Source: the human T2T-CHM13v2.0 reference genome, Homo sapiens
NCBI RefSeq assembly: GCF_009914755.1
Contig: NC_060929.1
Reading direction: 5' to 3' (one strand)
DNA length: 64,000 bases
Made by a program: the position numbers and the translations under genes. Below are positions 14,075-27,295 of this stretch, piece by piece. Under the pieces are notes generated by a model, which was not told the DNA's origin, did no database searches, and worked only from the letters and a program-made list of their open reading frames with translations. Within the stretch, counting starts at the first letter, position 1. Each line of letters opens with the position of its first letter.

Positions 14075-14387
14075 TCTTTGCTGCTCATTACAATATCCGC
14101 ATGTGGCTATTGGACACTTCAAATGTGGCTATTCTAAATTGAGATGTTTTAAGTTTAAACTGTCCAGTAGATTTCAAAGACTTAGAAATGTACTTTACAT
14201 TACAAAAGAGATGTAAAGTAATAATTTTTAAAATATTGATTACGTGTGAAATGATTTTATGTATATTAAATACAATATATTAGTAAAATTAATTTTATGC
14301 ACTTATTTTTACTTTTTTAAATGCGGCTACTAGAAAACTTAAAATTAGATGTGTGGTTCACATTATATTTCTATTAGCCAGCACTAG
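14075..14387. mobile_element. MER33-like hAT-Charlie MITE
   Basis: catgtggctattggacacttcaaatgtggcta..gatttcaaagacttag..gctactagaaaacttaaaatta..cacattatatttctatt. Confidence 0.75.
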
Positions 14388-14433
14388 AGCATTTGTATGA
14401 GTAAGTCTGGAAACAGTACAATGTTCCTTGATC

Positions 14434-14990
14434 CTGCGTTAGTCAAGATATTTTCATTTTTAATTGACAGAAATCTTATTCAATCTGCTTTTAAAGGAAA
14501 AATTGGAATATAATGACTCACACATAGCTGAAAAGCACAGGAATAGACTGTCTTCAGGCCTGCCTGTATCCAGAAACTAAATCAATGTCATTAACACTCT
14601 GTATGAGCATACGTGTTGACTCTGTGCATCTGTCTCCGCTCTGTTTTCTGCTGTGTGGGTATCACTCCTAGACAAGTTCCTATTTCATAGTAGCCACAGT
14701 AATAAACCTAGAGCTTTGAGAGGAGGCGGGCTCATCCACTCAATTCTAATAAGCCTAGCTTGGGTCATGTTCTCATACCTGCATCAATCACTGTGGTTGA
14801 TGCAGGATGCTCTGTATCTTTTGAAAACATAGGCTGGGTCACTGGCCTCTCCAGCTCTCCTTAGAGCACAGGTGGAGACAGCCACTTGAAGCCTATGGAC
14901 TGAGAATGGGTTGCTAAGGAAAGTATGTTTTCTGTTACCAGACCAAGGACAGAAAGTATGTTTTCTGTTACCAGGCCACTGGACAGGGAA
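14434..14990 (-). mobile_element. Old MaLR LTR (MLT1J/K-like) with a 33-bp tandem duplication at 14919-14985
   Basis: cttcaggcctgcctgtatccaga..gcttgggtcatg..caatcactgtgg; gaaagtatgttttctgttaccag occurs twice. Confidence 0.55.
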
Positions 14991-15332
14991 AATCAATAGT
15001 CAAAGCTTGTCAGGGGTGAGAGAAAGGATGTACTTATCCTGTGTTTTTTGACTCATGTTGATCTAAGCCAAAAAGCCTGTAAGTCACCATCTTCTACCTC
15101 TTCCTCACTCTCCTTATTCGGTTAGACACCAAATTCTATTAATTTGCCTCTTTGGAAGATTCATATATATTCCTAACTTCCTCTGTGTCTTGCACATGTT
15201 CCTTCCTCGTTCTAATTTCATCTGTTTTTTTTTTCTTTTTTTCTGGTTCTAATCTTATCTTACTGAAATTCAAAATCTCTTCCCCACATTACTTCCAGAG
15301 TAATTATTTATTTAATTCATTAAAAAATATTT

Positions 15333-16153
15333 GGTGCTGCTGGGAGTTGCTTGGATGTTGGCGGTGTGGGGCTGAAAGCTTGCAGACACAGCGATCATAT
15401 CGCATAAATAAATTTACTATTTGGAGAAATACAATGATGAGGGGTTTGAGTATTGGCATGTCATGTTGCCCAAGGACATAGCCAAGCTGGTCCCTAAAAC
15501 CCACTTGAATTGAATGGAGGAATCTTGGAGTTCAGCAGAGTATGAATCTGAATGGAGGAATCTTGGCATTCAGCAGAGTCAGGGATGAGTCCATTATATG
15601 AACCATGAACCAGAGCCTCACATCTTACTATTCCAGTGCCCGCTACCCAAGAAGCCAGATGGTAAATGAAGTTGGCAAGTCACCTTCCAGCCTCGAGCTT
15701 TACACAGCTGTCCTTGCTTCCTAACATCTTTCTGATAACACTATTATTTTGCCTTCTTGTTTCTCACTTTGATATTTAAAAGATGTTCAACACGCTTTTT
15801 GAATGTGCTGGTAACAGTTTTGCTTCTTCAGTAGAGCCACCACCACCACAGCCCAGAGAGATGAGTGCTCTGTGGGCCACAGCCTCAGCTGAGTGTGACC
15901 CCAGAAGCCATGGTGTGCTCTGTATCCAGAACACACTTGGTAGCTGGAAGAAGCGTCTGAGATTAAGATCATGGCTGTTACAGGTATCGTGTAAACTTGC
16001 TGTTTTTGTTTTTTTCCTGCCGGGTGTTGTATGTATGGTGACTTGTGGATTTATGATTCAATATATTGGAAACTTTCCATATTATTCAAGAAGTCTGTTC
16101 ATGTTAAAATCCTTGATTAAAGAGAAAGTTTTCATAATCTAAAAAAAAAAAAA
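15333..16153 (+). pseudogene. CKS1B processed pseudogene (part of 5'UTR, CDS, 3'UTR and poly(A) tail); possibly CKS1BP5
   Basis: Intronless. From 15397 it reads I(ATG>ATA)[72 protein letters not shown], matching CKS1[80 protein letters not shown]. Stop TGA 15667-15669, CKS1B-type 3'UTR, ATTAAA 16116-16121, A-tail 16141-16153, TSD-like aaaaaatattt / aaacatattt. Confidence 0.93.
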
Positions 16154-16740
16154 CATATTTAAAAAAGCCCACTAACAACAGACACAGAAAATGTCACAGA
16201 GCAAAATGCATTACTTAATGAATTATTCTAAGGCAAACATCTTGTAACCTAACCATGACCAGGTCAGAAAATAGAACTCGGTTAGACATTCTGGAAGCCC
16301 CTTCTGTGCACCACATTTCAAACACAACCCCTTTGTCCACCACACCGACTTTTATACTAAACATTTCCTTGACAGTTTTATACTTATCCCTCATCATTTT
16401 GTCTTAAAATGTATCTGTTGAAAACACAGGCTGTTTGAACTATGGAGTTTCTCACAGTTTGGATGTGGCTGATTGCAAATGCATGATACAATTCACTATG
16501 CGCCATCGTCCTTTGTATTTTCTGCAGAAAATAGAAGTGGAATTGCTGTGTCATATGGTAACTCTTATGTTTTACTTTTTGATGAACTGAAAAACTGTTT
16601 TCCAAATTGCCAGCACCACTTCACATTTCACCTCCAATGCCTAAGAGTTCCAATTTCTTCACATCCTCATTAGTACTTATTATTATATGACTTTTTGATA
16701 GCCTAGCCATTCTAGTAGGTGTGAAGTAATATTTCACTGT

Positions 16741-16901
<161 letters not shown>

Positions 16902-16923
16902 CTAATGATGAATAATGTTGAGT

Positions 16924-17217
16924 TTTTTTATTTTATTTTATTATTATTATACTTTAAGTTCTAGGGTACATGTGCACAACATGCAGGTTTGTTACATACG
17001 TATACATGTGCCATTTGGTGTGCTGCACCCATTAACTCATCATTTAGCATTAGGTATATCTCCTAATGATCTGTCCCCCCTCCCCCCACCCCACAACAGT
17101 CCCCGGTGTGTGATGTTCCCCTTCCTGTGTCCATGTGTTCTCATTGTTCAGTTACCACCTGTGAGTGAGAACATGCGGTGTTTGGTTTTTTGTCCTTGCG
17201 ATAGTTTGCTGAGAATG
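16924..17217 (-). mobile_element. L1PA (PA2-PA4-like) 3' end, 5'-truncated
   Basis: ttatactttaagttctagggtacatgtgcacaac..cattaggtatatctcc; perfect TSD aatgttgagt at 16914-16923 and 17218-17227. Confidence 0.9.
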
Positions 17218-17604
17218 AATGTTGAGTATTTTTTGATGTGTTTATTGACTATCTGTAGATCTTTGGATCTATTCGGATCCTTTGTTCATTTTTCATTGGG
17301 TTATCTATGTTTTTTTATTGAGTTGTGAGTTCTTTATATATTCTGGATACAAATCCCTTATCAGATGTATGATGTGTGAATATTTCCTCCAATTCCATGG
17401 GTTTTCTTTTTCATTTTCTCAGTGATATCATTTGCAGCACAAAGTTGCTAATTTTGATGCAGTTTATCTATTTTCTCATTCTGTTGCTTGTGCTTTTAGT
17501 GCCATATCTAATAAACCATTGGTGGCTAACCCAAAGACAAAAAGATTTACTTTTGTTTTCTTCTAAGAGTTGTTATTTTTAGCTCTTACATTTAGGTCTG
17601 TGAT

Positions 17605-17667
17605 TTATTTTTTTACCTTTTTAATTTTATTATTATACTTTAAGTTTTGGGGTACATGTGCACAACG
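17605..17667 (-). mobile_element. Extremely truncated L1PA 3' tip
   Basis: T-rich tail plus attatactttaagttttggggtacatgtgcacaacg inside the old L1M. Confidence 0.7.
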
Positions 17668-18612
17668 ATATCTTAAGTTACTTTTTGTTTATGATATGAG
17701 GTCAGACTCCAACTTCATTCTTATGCATGTGGATATCCAGTTGTCCCAGCACAATCTGTTGAAAATACTATTCTTTTCTTATTGAGTTATCTTAGTAATC
17801 GTACTGAGAATCAGTGACTATAGATATAAGGTTTTACTTCTGAATTCTCAGTCGTATTGTATTTATTTATATGTCTATCCTTATGTAGTACCACACTGTC
17901 TTGATTATAGTAGTAGCTTTGTAGTAAATTTTGAAATCAGGATATATGAGTTCTCTAAATTTGTTTTTTTTTTTTTAAGATTTCTTTCAGCAATTTTGTA
18001 TCCCTTCCATTTCTATATAAATGTTAAGATCATCTTGACAATTTCTGCAAAAAAAAAAAAAAATCTGGGATTTTTGTTGGAGATTGCATTGAATCTGTAG
18101 ATTGACTTGCAGAATACTGTCATTTTAAAAGTATTGTCTTCTATTCACGAACATTTCAACATTTTAAAAAAGTTTAATATTTTTAATTTCTTTCAACAAT
18201 ACTTCACAGTTTTTAGTGTACAAGACTTGCACATCTTTTGTTAAATTTAAATTTATATGTTCAAATTTGTTAGATTTTCCTGATAGATTGATCCTTTTAT
18301 CATTACAAAATACCCCTCTTCATTGCTAGTAGTATTGGTTTTTGTTACTGCCCTTGGATCAAAGTAGCTTATTAGTCTTCCAGTATTTTGTCAGAAGTAG
18401 TGTTTAAGCCCTTTGTGCTAGCAGGGTTTCAGCTTCTGTTGATGTGTCTGAGTGAAGCTTTGGACATGCTTTGATTCTGTCCTAAATCTTTTCTCTTATT
18501 GCTTCTGAGTGGATGCTTCCTAGCACATGCCACAGCCTTGTGTACCAGATGCCACAGCCTTGTGACTAGCAGAGTTGACTGTGATATTAAGAAGGCTCTT
18601 CTTGGCTCTCAT

Positions 18613-18795
18613 TCTTTTTCTTTTCTTTTCTCTTTTCTTTCTTCTTTCTTTCTTTCTTTCTTTCTTTCTGTCGTTCTTTCTGCCTTTCTATTTATCTTTT
18701 TCTTTCCCTCCTTCCCTCCCTCCTTCCAACTTTTCCTTCCTTCTTTTCTCCCTCCCTCCCTTTCTGCCTCCCTCCCTTCTTTTGTTCCTTCCTTT
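18613..18795. repeat. (TTTC)n/(TTCC)n/(TCCC)n polypyrimidine microsatellite
   Basis: Visible directly. Confidence 0.9.
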
Positions 18796-19639
18796 GATTA
18801 TTTTGACTTATTTTCTGGTTGCTCTGTAATTCTGCTTGTTTTGGAGTTACCAGCCTCTTCTTAATCATTCTTCACCAAGATCTCCATTGTTTTTGACAAC
18901 ACTCTTAGGTATCAAACTCTCCACTCTCTGTTTCACTTAAGTTCAGCTCCCTCAGGTAGAGCTGTGGATCTCTTTGACTTTATAGAACCACAACTAAGGT
19001 GGTTAAGCATGGAGACCTGCTCTTTGAGTGACACCTTTGCTCTATACTAGGTACTAGGGATACAAGTGGAAGTCCCTGGTTTTTGTTGTTGTTGTTGTTG
19101 TTTTTTCCTTTTTGGCAAGGAACCTCTACCATCTGGGAAAGCTGGATATGAAGCAATTGTGGCCTCAATATTTTCAGCCTGTTATGGTTTGAGTAGAACT
19201 TCCTTTATACAAGATAGAACTTGTCAAAATAAGAGAGCTCAAGTTCTCTTGGCCTTGTTTGCCTAGAATCAAGCTTCTGCAACCGGTGTCTGGGGAGTAG
19301 TGAGAATGAGAAACGCAGGCAGGCTGCCCTTACTTGCGTGAAACTGGAACCTGACACTAGGATCTGGAAAGTGAGGTTACTATAAACTTCTCTAATGGGG
19401 TAGAGTTTCCATTACTTGGAGCTTATGAGGTGAAGGGCACATAATGGAGTAGGTCATGGCTTAAACGCCATAGGTCCATTGTTCTTACCAAAAGTTTGTA
19501 AATTTTTCTTGAATAAATGTTTCTCCATTTGGTGTATGCAATTATGATAATTTCTAAATACCTTAACAGTTGTTTTTAATAATTTCACCAGATACATTAT
19601 TTTTTTTTTCTGGAGAGAGAGTCTGGTGGTATTCTTACT

Positions 19640-22440
19640 TCATCATTCTAGAAATTCTGTCTACTATATTTTTCATTTTCTGCTTTCATAAAGAGATGCT
19701 TCTCTTCTTTTACTATTGTTTATCTTAATAGTATAGTATATATAAGAAAGGTAGGTGAAAGCTTGATATTTCTCTTAACTTACTGATTTTCAAGATGATG
19801 AAGTGTTTTTCTGTCATCCTCCATATGTGACAAGTTACATTAAAAATTATCCTCATGAACTCATTGATTTAAACATATTTGATGGCTTAAATCTATTATA
19901 ATTATTATCACTATGAAGCTCAAGTTGTTCTATCCTTGGCTAGTGGGAGCCTCTTCAACTTGTCTTCTGAGTCTTTTTTATTTTTTGAGGATCTATAGCT
20001 GTCTTATTTTATTTTTACACAGTAAGTGAATATATTTATGGGGTACATTAGATACTTTGATACAGGCATGCAATAAGCAATAGTCAAATCATAGAAAATG
20101 GATATCCAGCCCCTCAAGCACTTATCCTTAGTCTTTTTGACATGACTTTGGTAATTTTTGATAACTTTCTTGCTATCAGGTGTAATAGGGTATTCCAGGA
20201 TTATCTTGTATGTTTCCTTGACCAGATCTGGATTCCACTGTCTCCAAGGAGGCCTGGTTTATTTCACTGAGAAGCAACATTTCAAAACAACAATATTCGT
20301 GCTAGGCATACTCACTGCTACTGGGATTGCCATCGTTTCATGTTTTTTTTAGCAGAGAGAGTCAAAATACACAAACAAACCCCACCCCAACCCCTCCCCC
20401 CTCCACACACAAAGATAAAACACTTCACCAGTTCATAGCGATATTTCCAATTCAAATGAAAGACTATGGAGTGTTTACTTAAGCTCTTCTATATTACAGT
20501 TGGGTTCCTTTCTTCCACATCAAAAATCATGGTTCTCAATAATAAAACATCATTTCAAGTAAATATGTGTTTAATGCTCACCACAAATCCCTATCTTAAC
20601 ACCTCTTTAGTCATTTAAGTAAGGCTTGTTCTATTATAGATTTCCCAGAAAGCTTTTAAGCTAAATTCATCAAATTGTATATGTTAAAGATGCATAGTTT
20701 TTGTACGTCAGTCATGCCTCAATAATGTTTTTTTTAAAAGATGCCCTCACATTTTACAGTTAATAGTTTATGCCCTTTATACATGTGAGTTTTGCTAGAT
20801 ACAAAACCCTTAGCTTCTACTTTCTTTCCTTGAATATTTTCCACGTGATACTACATTTTCTTCTGGCATAAAGTCTTACTATCAAAAAATCTAATGATAA
20901 TTTAATATTATTTCATTAATAAGACACATGCTTTCCTCTCCAAAAAGTCTAATAATTTTACTAGAAATATATTGTTGTCGTCTATTCCAGATTGATATTC
21001 TGATCTCCATAGTATGCTCTTTCAAAATGTAATATATATATATATATGTGTGTGTGCATGTATATATAAATACTTTCAAATGTGTGTAATATAGTATATA
21101 TAATATACAATTCTAGTATATATTACATAATGCTATATAGTATTTATAATAGTGTTATATTACATATATTATATATGATATGCATATATATGTACACATA
21201 TATATTTGACAATTAAATTTTTCTTTTTAGCATTTGTTCTGTTCCCTTGCCTCATTTTTTCTTTAGGGACTCCTATTATATGTATGTGAAAATATATGAA
21301 ATTTTTTGGCCTACTTTTTATATTTGACATTTCTCTAGGACACTTTTGATCTCAACTTCTTAATTTTAAATTCTAAGACATTCTCTTTTGTGTTTATGTG
21401 CTCTTCTGTTCCAGTTTAGTCTTCATTTCTTAAATTATTTATCCTTTTACTTATAATTCTTTCATAAACAACTGTCATCTAAATCTGAATCTTCTCTAAT
21501 TCCAATTTGTGTTGCTCTTCCATGTTTTGTATCAATTCTGGATGCGTTTGAGAATTTTGGAACAGTGGACTGCAATTCGAATCTCCTTTATGTGCATGTC
21601 ATTCTGGCATGAATTTATTGTCTGGAAGAGTGTTATTCTGCTCACTTTTCTCTTTTCCTTATAACATCCTTGTATGGAAATTGTTATTCTGTCACTTAGT
21701 TTCTCTTTTCCTATTACATCTTTGTATAGAATTTGAACTTAACAGTTTATGTTGTTTATTTATATGTGATTATGTTCCCAGAACATTTAGAATAAGGTGG
21801 GGTTCAGGAAATTTTTTAATTCCACAGAACTTCCCCTTCTGTTATTTTGGTATAATTTTCAAAAACATAGTTGCTTGCTTCCTGAGATTTCCTGGCTTTG
21901 TTCCTCTTCCTCATTTTGGCCTAGACCTTTTTTTTTTGTTTCATTATGGTCTCTCTATCTTGTTTAATTTTTATTCTACTCATAGTAGATATTTTTTCTC
22001 AATATTTGGCCCCATCTTAGAAAAGAGTCCTGATAAGTCAGTATTGAGGACTTATGGGGGCTAAACTGCTTCAATCCTTCCAGTCTAGTTTAGGGAGAGA
22101 CTCTCCCAGTTTCTGTTTTTGGTCTTAAATTGGCTTACTATGCTTTCCAGTACATATCTGCTGGCTCTTTGGGAGTTGTCCTATTCTCAAGTGCTTTAAG
22201 TCCTACTTTCTTGTTTTTTCTTCTTTCTATACAGATGCCATTATCATGTAGGTCTTGTGATTGTAGATGATTTGTTCCCTTCTGCTTGTATTTTAATATT
22301 TGTGGGGATACTTTGTCAGCTAATTGTGTCATATATGTCCATGAGTTTCTGCTTCTGTTAGTTAGTTGGTTGATTTTTTTAAATGTGGGTATTTGAAGTG
22401 GTTAAAAACAATGCTGCCAATTCTGCCATTTCCCCCAAAA
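19640..22440 (-). mobile_element. Ancient L1MC/HAL1-type sequence with a nested L1MA 3' fragment (~19975-20130) and a TA-rich tract (21030-21205)
   Basis: agtgggagcctcttcaa..tctccaaggag..actcactgctactggg; the nested piece gatacaggcatgcaat..ccctcaagca is flanked by agtcttttt repeats. Confidence 0.5.
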
Positions 22441-22469
22441 TCCTACATGGTGATCTTTTTAAAACACAA

Positions 22470-23780
22470 GTCTATGACAAAAACAAGCAATGGGGAAAGG
22501 ATTCCCTATTCAATAAATGGTGTTGGGAAAACTGGCTAGCTGTATGCAGAAAACTGAAACTGGACCCCTTCTTTACACCTTATACAAAAATTAACTCAAG
22601 ATGGAATAAAGATTTAAATGTAAGACCCAAAACCATAAAATCTCTGGAAGAAAACCTAGGCAATACCATTCAGGACATAGGCATGAACAAAGACTTCATG
22701 ACTAAAACACCAAAAGCAATTGCAACAAAAGCCAAAATTGACAAATGAGATCTAATTAAAATAAAGAGCTCCTGCACAGCGAAAGAAACTATCATAAGAG
22801 TGAACAGGCAACCTACAGAATGGGAGAACATTTTTGCAATCTATCCATCTGACAAAGGGCTAATAACCAGAATCTACAAGGAACTTAAAGACATTTACAA
22901 GAAAAAAACAAACAACCCCATCAAAAAATGGGCAAAGAATATGAATAGACACCTTTCAAAAGAAGAGATTTATGCAGCCAACAAACATATGAAAAAAAGC
23001 TCATCATCACTGGTCATTAGAGAAATGCAAATCAAAACCACAATGAGATACTATCTCGTGCCAGTTAGAATGGCGATCATTAAGAAGTCAGGAAACAACA
23101 GATGCTGGAGAGGATGTGGAGAAATAGGAATGCTTTTACACTGTTGGTGGGAGTGTAAATTAGTTCAAACATTGTGGAAGACAGTGTGGCAATTCCTCAA
23201 GGATCTAGAACTAGAAACACCATCTGACCCAGCAATCCCATTACTGAGTATATACCCAAAGGATTAGAAATCATTCTACTATAAAGACGCATAAACACGT
23301 ATGTTTATTGCAGCACTGTTCACAATAGCAAAGACTTGGAACCAACCCAAATGCCCATCAATGTTAGACTGGATAAAGAAAATGTGGCACATATGCACCA
23401 TAGAATACTATTCAGCCATAGCAAAGAATGAGTTCATGTCCTTAGCAGGGACGTGGATGAAGCTGGAAACCATCATTCTCAGCAAACTAACACAGGAACA
23501 GAAAGCCAAACACTGCATGTTCTCACTCATAAGTGGGAGTTGAACAATAAGAATATATGGGCACAGGGAGCGGAACATCACACACTAGGACCTGTCAGGG
23601 GCTGGGGGACAAGGGGAGGCATAGCATTAGGAGAAATACCTACTGTAGATGATGGGTTGGTGGGTGCAGGAAACCACCATCGCACATGTATACCTATGTA
23701 ACAAACCTGCACGTTCCACACATGTATCCCAGACCTGGAAGTATAATTTAAAAAAAGAAAAAAGAAAAAACAAAAGAAAA
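22470..23780 (+). mobile_element. L1PA7-like element, 5'-truncated (ORF2 C-terminus, 3'UTR, A tail)
   Basis: ORFs 22383-23543 encode L1 ORF2p pieces ([46 protein letters not shown]) broken by stops; 3'UTR gcattaggagaaatacc..aacaaacctgcacgtt. Confidence 0.95.
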
Positions 23781-24029
23781 TGCATGGAATTTACAGGAGG
23801 ATTTTTTTCAGGAAAAGTAAAAAAATGTGTGTCAGAGTCTGAGACAGGGTAGATATTCACTATTTGTTAAAAGAAAGAATGAATAAATACATATACAACA
23901 TAAACTAAAAACAAAACAATGAAACACAGTATAAAGTCTAAATATGACACTTCCATGCTTTACAAATAATTATTTTATTTACTATTATCTTTAGATGAAG
24001 TACGTGCTTCTGATAATGACCTAGAAGAA

Positions 24030-24195
24030 TGGTTCCCCAACTTTGCTCTCTATTGGAATTAACTAGTGTGCTTTTATCAATGCAGTTGCTCAGATTATAC
24101 CCTAGACCACTTAAATTAGAAGTTCTAAGGGTGAGACCAAGCATCAGTATTTTTGACACTCTCCATGTAATTTCAGTGTTTAAGGACCACTAACT
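24030..24195. mobile_element. MER5-family MITE
   Basis: tggttccccaacttt..ttagaagttctaagggtgagaccaagcatcagtattttt..aggaccact. Confidence 0.6.
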
Positions 24196-25371
24196 AGAAG
24201 GGCCTTTACAATCTGATCTGGCTCTTTTCTGCTCCATCTCTCTATTGTGATGCCGTTTAACAAGCTCACAGATAGTCCATGCTTCAGTCATATCCAATTA
24301 CTTGTAGTTACCAAAATTCACTATCCCATTGATGCTGTAGTCTCTTTGCCTATACTGGTCTCTGCCTAGAATTTTGCCTTGCCTCCAAATGACTATTCAC
24401 CTGATAATCACCCTATTATATGAAGGTAGAAGATCTAAAGATTATTACAAGTATCTGGTTTTAACATAGAGCAAGGAGAATGGTCAATTCATTGTAAATC
24501 TAGATTTTGTTTCTTTCTCTCTACTAGGCCCAGTGTTGAACCCTAACTGTCTAAGCCAATTTCTACTTGGAGAAGAGCCTTAAGCTCTCTCTGGTTACCT
24601 CTGTGTGTTCTTGGAGATGAAGTTTTGATCTTTGGAAAGTTTGTTGAGAAGGATAAGTTACTGACCAGGACCTCTACAGCATGTTTACCTCTCTGGTTGA
24701 TGATTTATATTCGTAACACTGAGGCTGAAGTTGGAAATTAGACCTGCCACTTTAAAATATGCTTGGCTTGGTTCTGGTATTGCGAGGAGTGGATTCTTAT
24801 CAGCAGTTGCATTAAAACAGCATTAGAGACAAGAGCAAGCATATTTTTAAAATGACAGCTCTAAGGAACCTTCCTGTTTTAGATTAAATCATGATTCCAA
24901 AGGCTAAGCCCTGGATTAAAGATTTTGACTTGTCTCCATATTCTCTTAATCAAATCTCTTTTTCCTAATGCTTCCATCCTTAGGAAAAATGAGAAACCAC
25001 TTCCTCCTAATGGCTTTTATTATATCACATTAGGTCTCAATAGATAGCAAGTAATTCATCTTGGTTTAATATATGATAAACTTTTGGTACAATCAAGGAA
25101 CCACCTTGAAATTATTAAAAATGACATCATAGATTCATCTTCACAGTTGTGGAAAGAGGATCATATAAAGTCTGGGAGCATTTACACAAAAATAGTAAAA
25201 ATTGTTACCTTTTTGTGATGGAATTATAGGTGGTTTTAAGATTTTCAGTGTTCTTCTCTGACTTTTCTGATTTTCTGCAATCAATATCTATATGTACATA
25301 TAAATTTAAAGAAGTTAAGTATAGTTAGAGAGTACTCCTCTAAGAGAGCAGATGGTCTCTTTTTCAAGTCT

Positions 25372-27295
25372 TTAGGTATAAACTTAACCAAAGAAGTGAA
25401 AGATTTGTACACTAAAAACCAGAAAACGTAATGAAATAAATTAGACACAAATAGACTCAAAGATATTTAGTGTTCATGGATTGGAAGACTTGATATTGTT
25501 AGAATGTGCATACTATGCAAAGCTGTCTACAGATTCAATACTATACCCATCAAAATCTCAATGGATTTTTTATAAAAGTAGAAAAAAAATACTAAAATCC
25601 ATATTAACCCACAAAAGACCCAAAATAACCAAAGTGATCTTGTGAAAGAACAAAGTTGATGGTATCAGACTTCCTAGTTTCAAAATATACCCATGTAACA
25701 AACGTGCACACATACCCACTGAATCTAAAATAAAAGTTGAAATTATAAATAAATAAAAAACTTTATGGAAAACAAACAAAATATGTTACAGAGCTATGGT
25801 AATTAAAATAGTATGATACTTGCATAAAGATGGATCTGTAGACCAATAAAAATAATAGAGAACCTAGATATAAATCCATGCAGAGTAAACTAATCTTTGA
25901 GAAGTTTGCTAAGAATATGTAATAGGGAAAAGTATAGTCTTTTCAACAAATAAATTGGACCTCTATCTTACACCATAGACAAAAAATCAACTTAAAGTGG
26001 ACTATACTTAAACATAAGATCTGAAATTATAAGACTTCTAAGGAGATATAGGGGAAAAGTTTCTTGATGTTGGTCTTGGCAATGTTTTCTTGGATATGAA
26101 CTGAAAGCACAGGCAACAAAAGCAAAAGTAGACAATTGGGATAACATTAAACTAAAAAACTTCTGCATGGCAAAGGAAACGATTAGCAGAGTGAAAAGGC
26201 AACCTAAAAATGAGAGAAAATATTTGAAAAACTCATTTACCTGATAAGAATGAATATCCAAAATGTATCAGAAATTTCTATAACCAAGCAGCAAGAAAAT
26301 TAATAATCAGATTTTAAAACTGGAAAAAGAACTGAATAGCTATTTCTCTAAACGTGACCATACAAATGGCCACCGGGTATATAAAAAGGCACTCAACATC
26401 ACTAATATCAGGGAAATGCAAGTCAAAGCCACAATGAGAGATCACCTCACACCTGTTAAATGACTATTATCAAAAGTACAAAAGATAATAAGTATTGGCA
26501 AGGATGTGGAGAAATTGGAACCCTTTTACACTGTTGGTGAAAGTGTAAAATGTTGCAACAGCTATAGAAAACAATGTGAAGTTTCCTTAAAAACTTAAAA
26601 TAGAACTATCATATGATCCAGCAATCTCATTTCTGGGCATATATTCAAAATAATTGAAATCAGGATCTCAAAGAGATATCTGCACTCTCATATTCATTGT
26701 GGCATTTTTCACAATATTCAAGATATGGAAAAAACCCAAATGCCCATCAACAGATTAATGGATAAAGAAAATGTGGCATATACATACAATGAAACAATAT
26801 TCACCCTTTTAAAAAGGTAGAAAATCTTCTCATTTGGGTGATAGATGAACCCGGAATACATTGTGCTAAGTGAAATAAGCCACTCACAGAAGAACAAATA
26901 TTGCATAATTCCACTTAAATGAGGTATCTAAAGTAGTCAAATTCATAGAAGCAGAGAATACAATGGTAGTTACTAGGTATCGAGGGGAGGAGCAAGTGGG
27001 GAGTTGCTGCTCAATGGGTAAAAAATTTCAGTTATGCAAATGAAAAAGTTATAGAGATCTAATGTACAGCATAATGCCTATAATTACCAATATGGTATTG
27101 TACACTTAAACATTTGTTAAGGGGGTAGATCTCATGTTAAGTATTTTTATTGCAAAAAGAAATAAAAACAACAAAATGACAAAAGAACACAAGGAAATTT
27201 TGGAGGTGATGAATATGTTCACTATCTTGCTTGTGGTTTGTGGTAGCATACGTTAAATATGCACAGCTGCTTTTATATACCAGTTATACTTCAAT
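25372..27295 (+). mobile_element. L1MA/L1MB element (ORF2 3' part and 3'UTR) with a nested old L1PA 3' tip at ~25685-25780
   Basis: accaaagaagtgaaagat..tgttcatggattggaagact..atgatccagcaatc..atgaggtatctaaagtagtcaaattcatagaagcaga; nested cccatgtaacaaac..ctgaatctaaaataaaagttgaa flanked by caaaatat. Confidence 0.9.

Noticed and set aside
15783-16142. 119-aa ATG-initiated ORF
   Set aside because: Lies wholly within the 3'UTR portion of the CKS1B retrocopy, with no homology or other sign of coding.
18499-18864. Phe/Ser/Leu-rich ORFs resembling membrane proteins (also 11776-12232, 43129-43329)
   Set aside because: Produced by polypyrimidine, TG or TA repeats.
22383-23543. ORFs with real protein similarity
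   Set aside because: Fragments of L1 ORF2p in a 5'-truncated copy with in-frame stops; not a gene.
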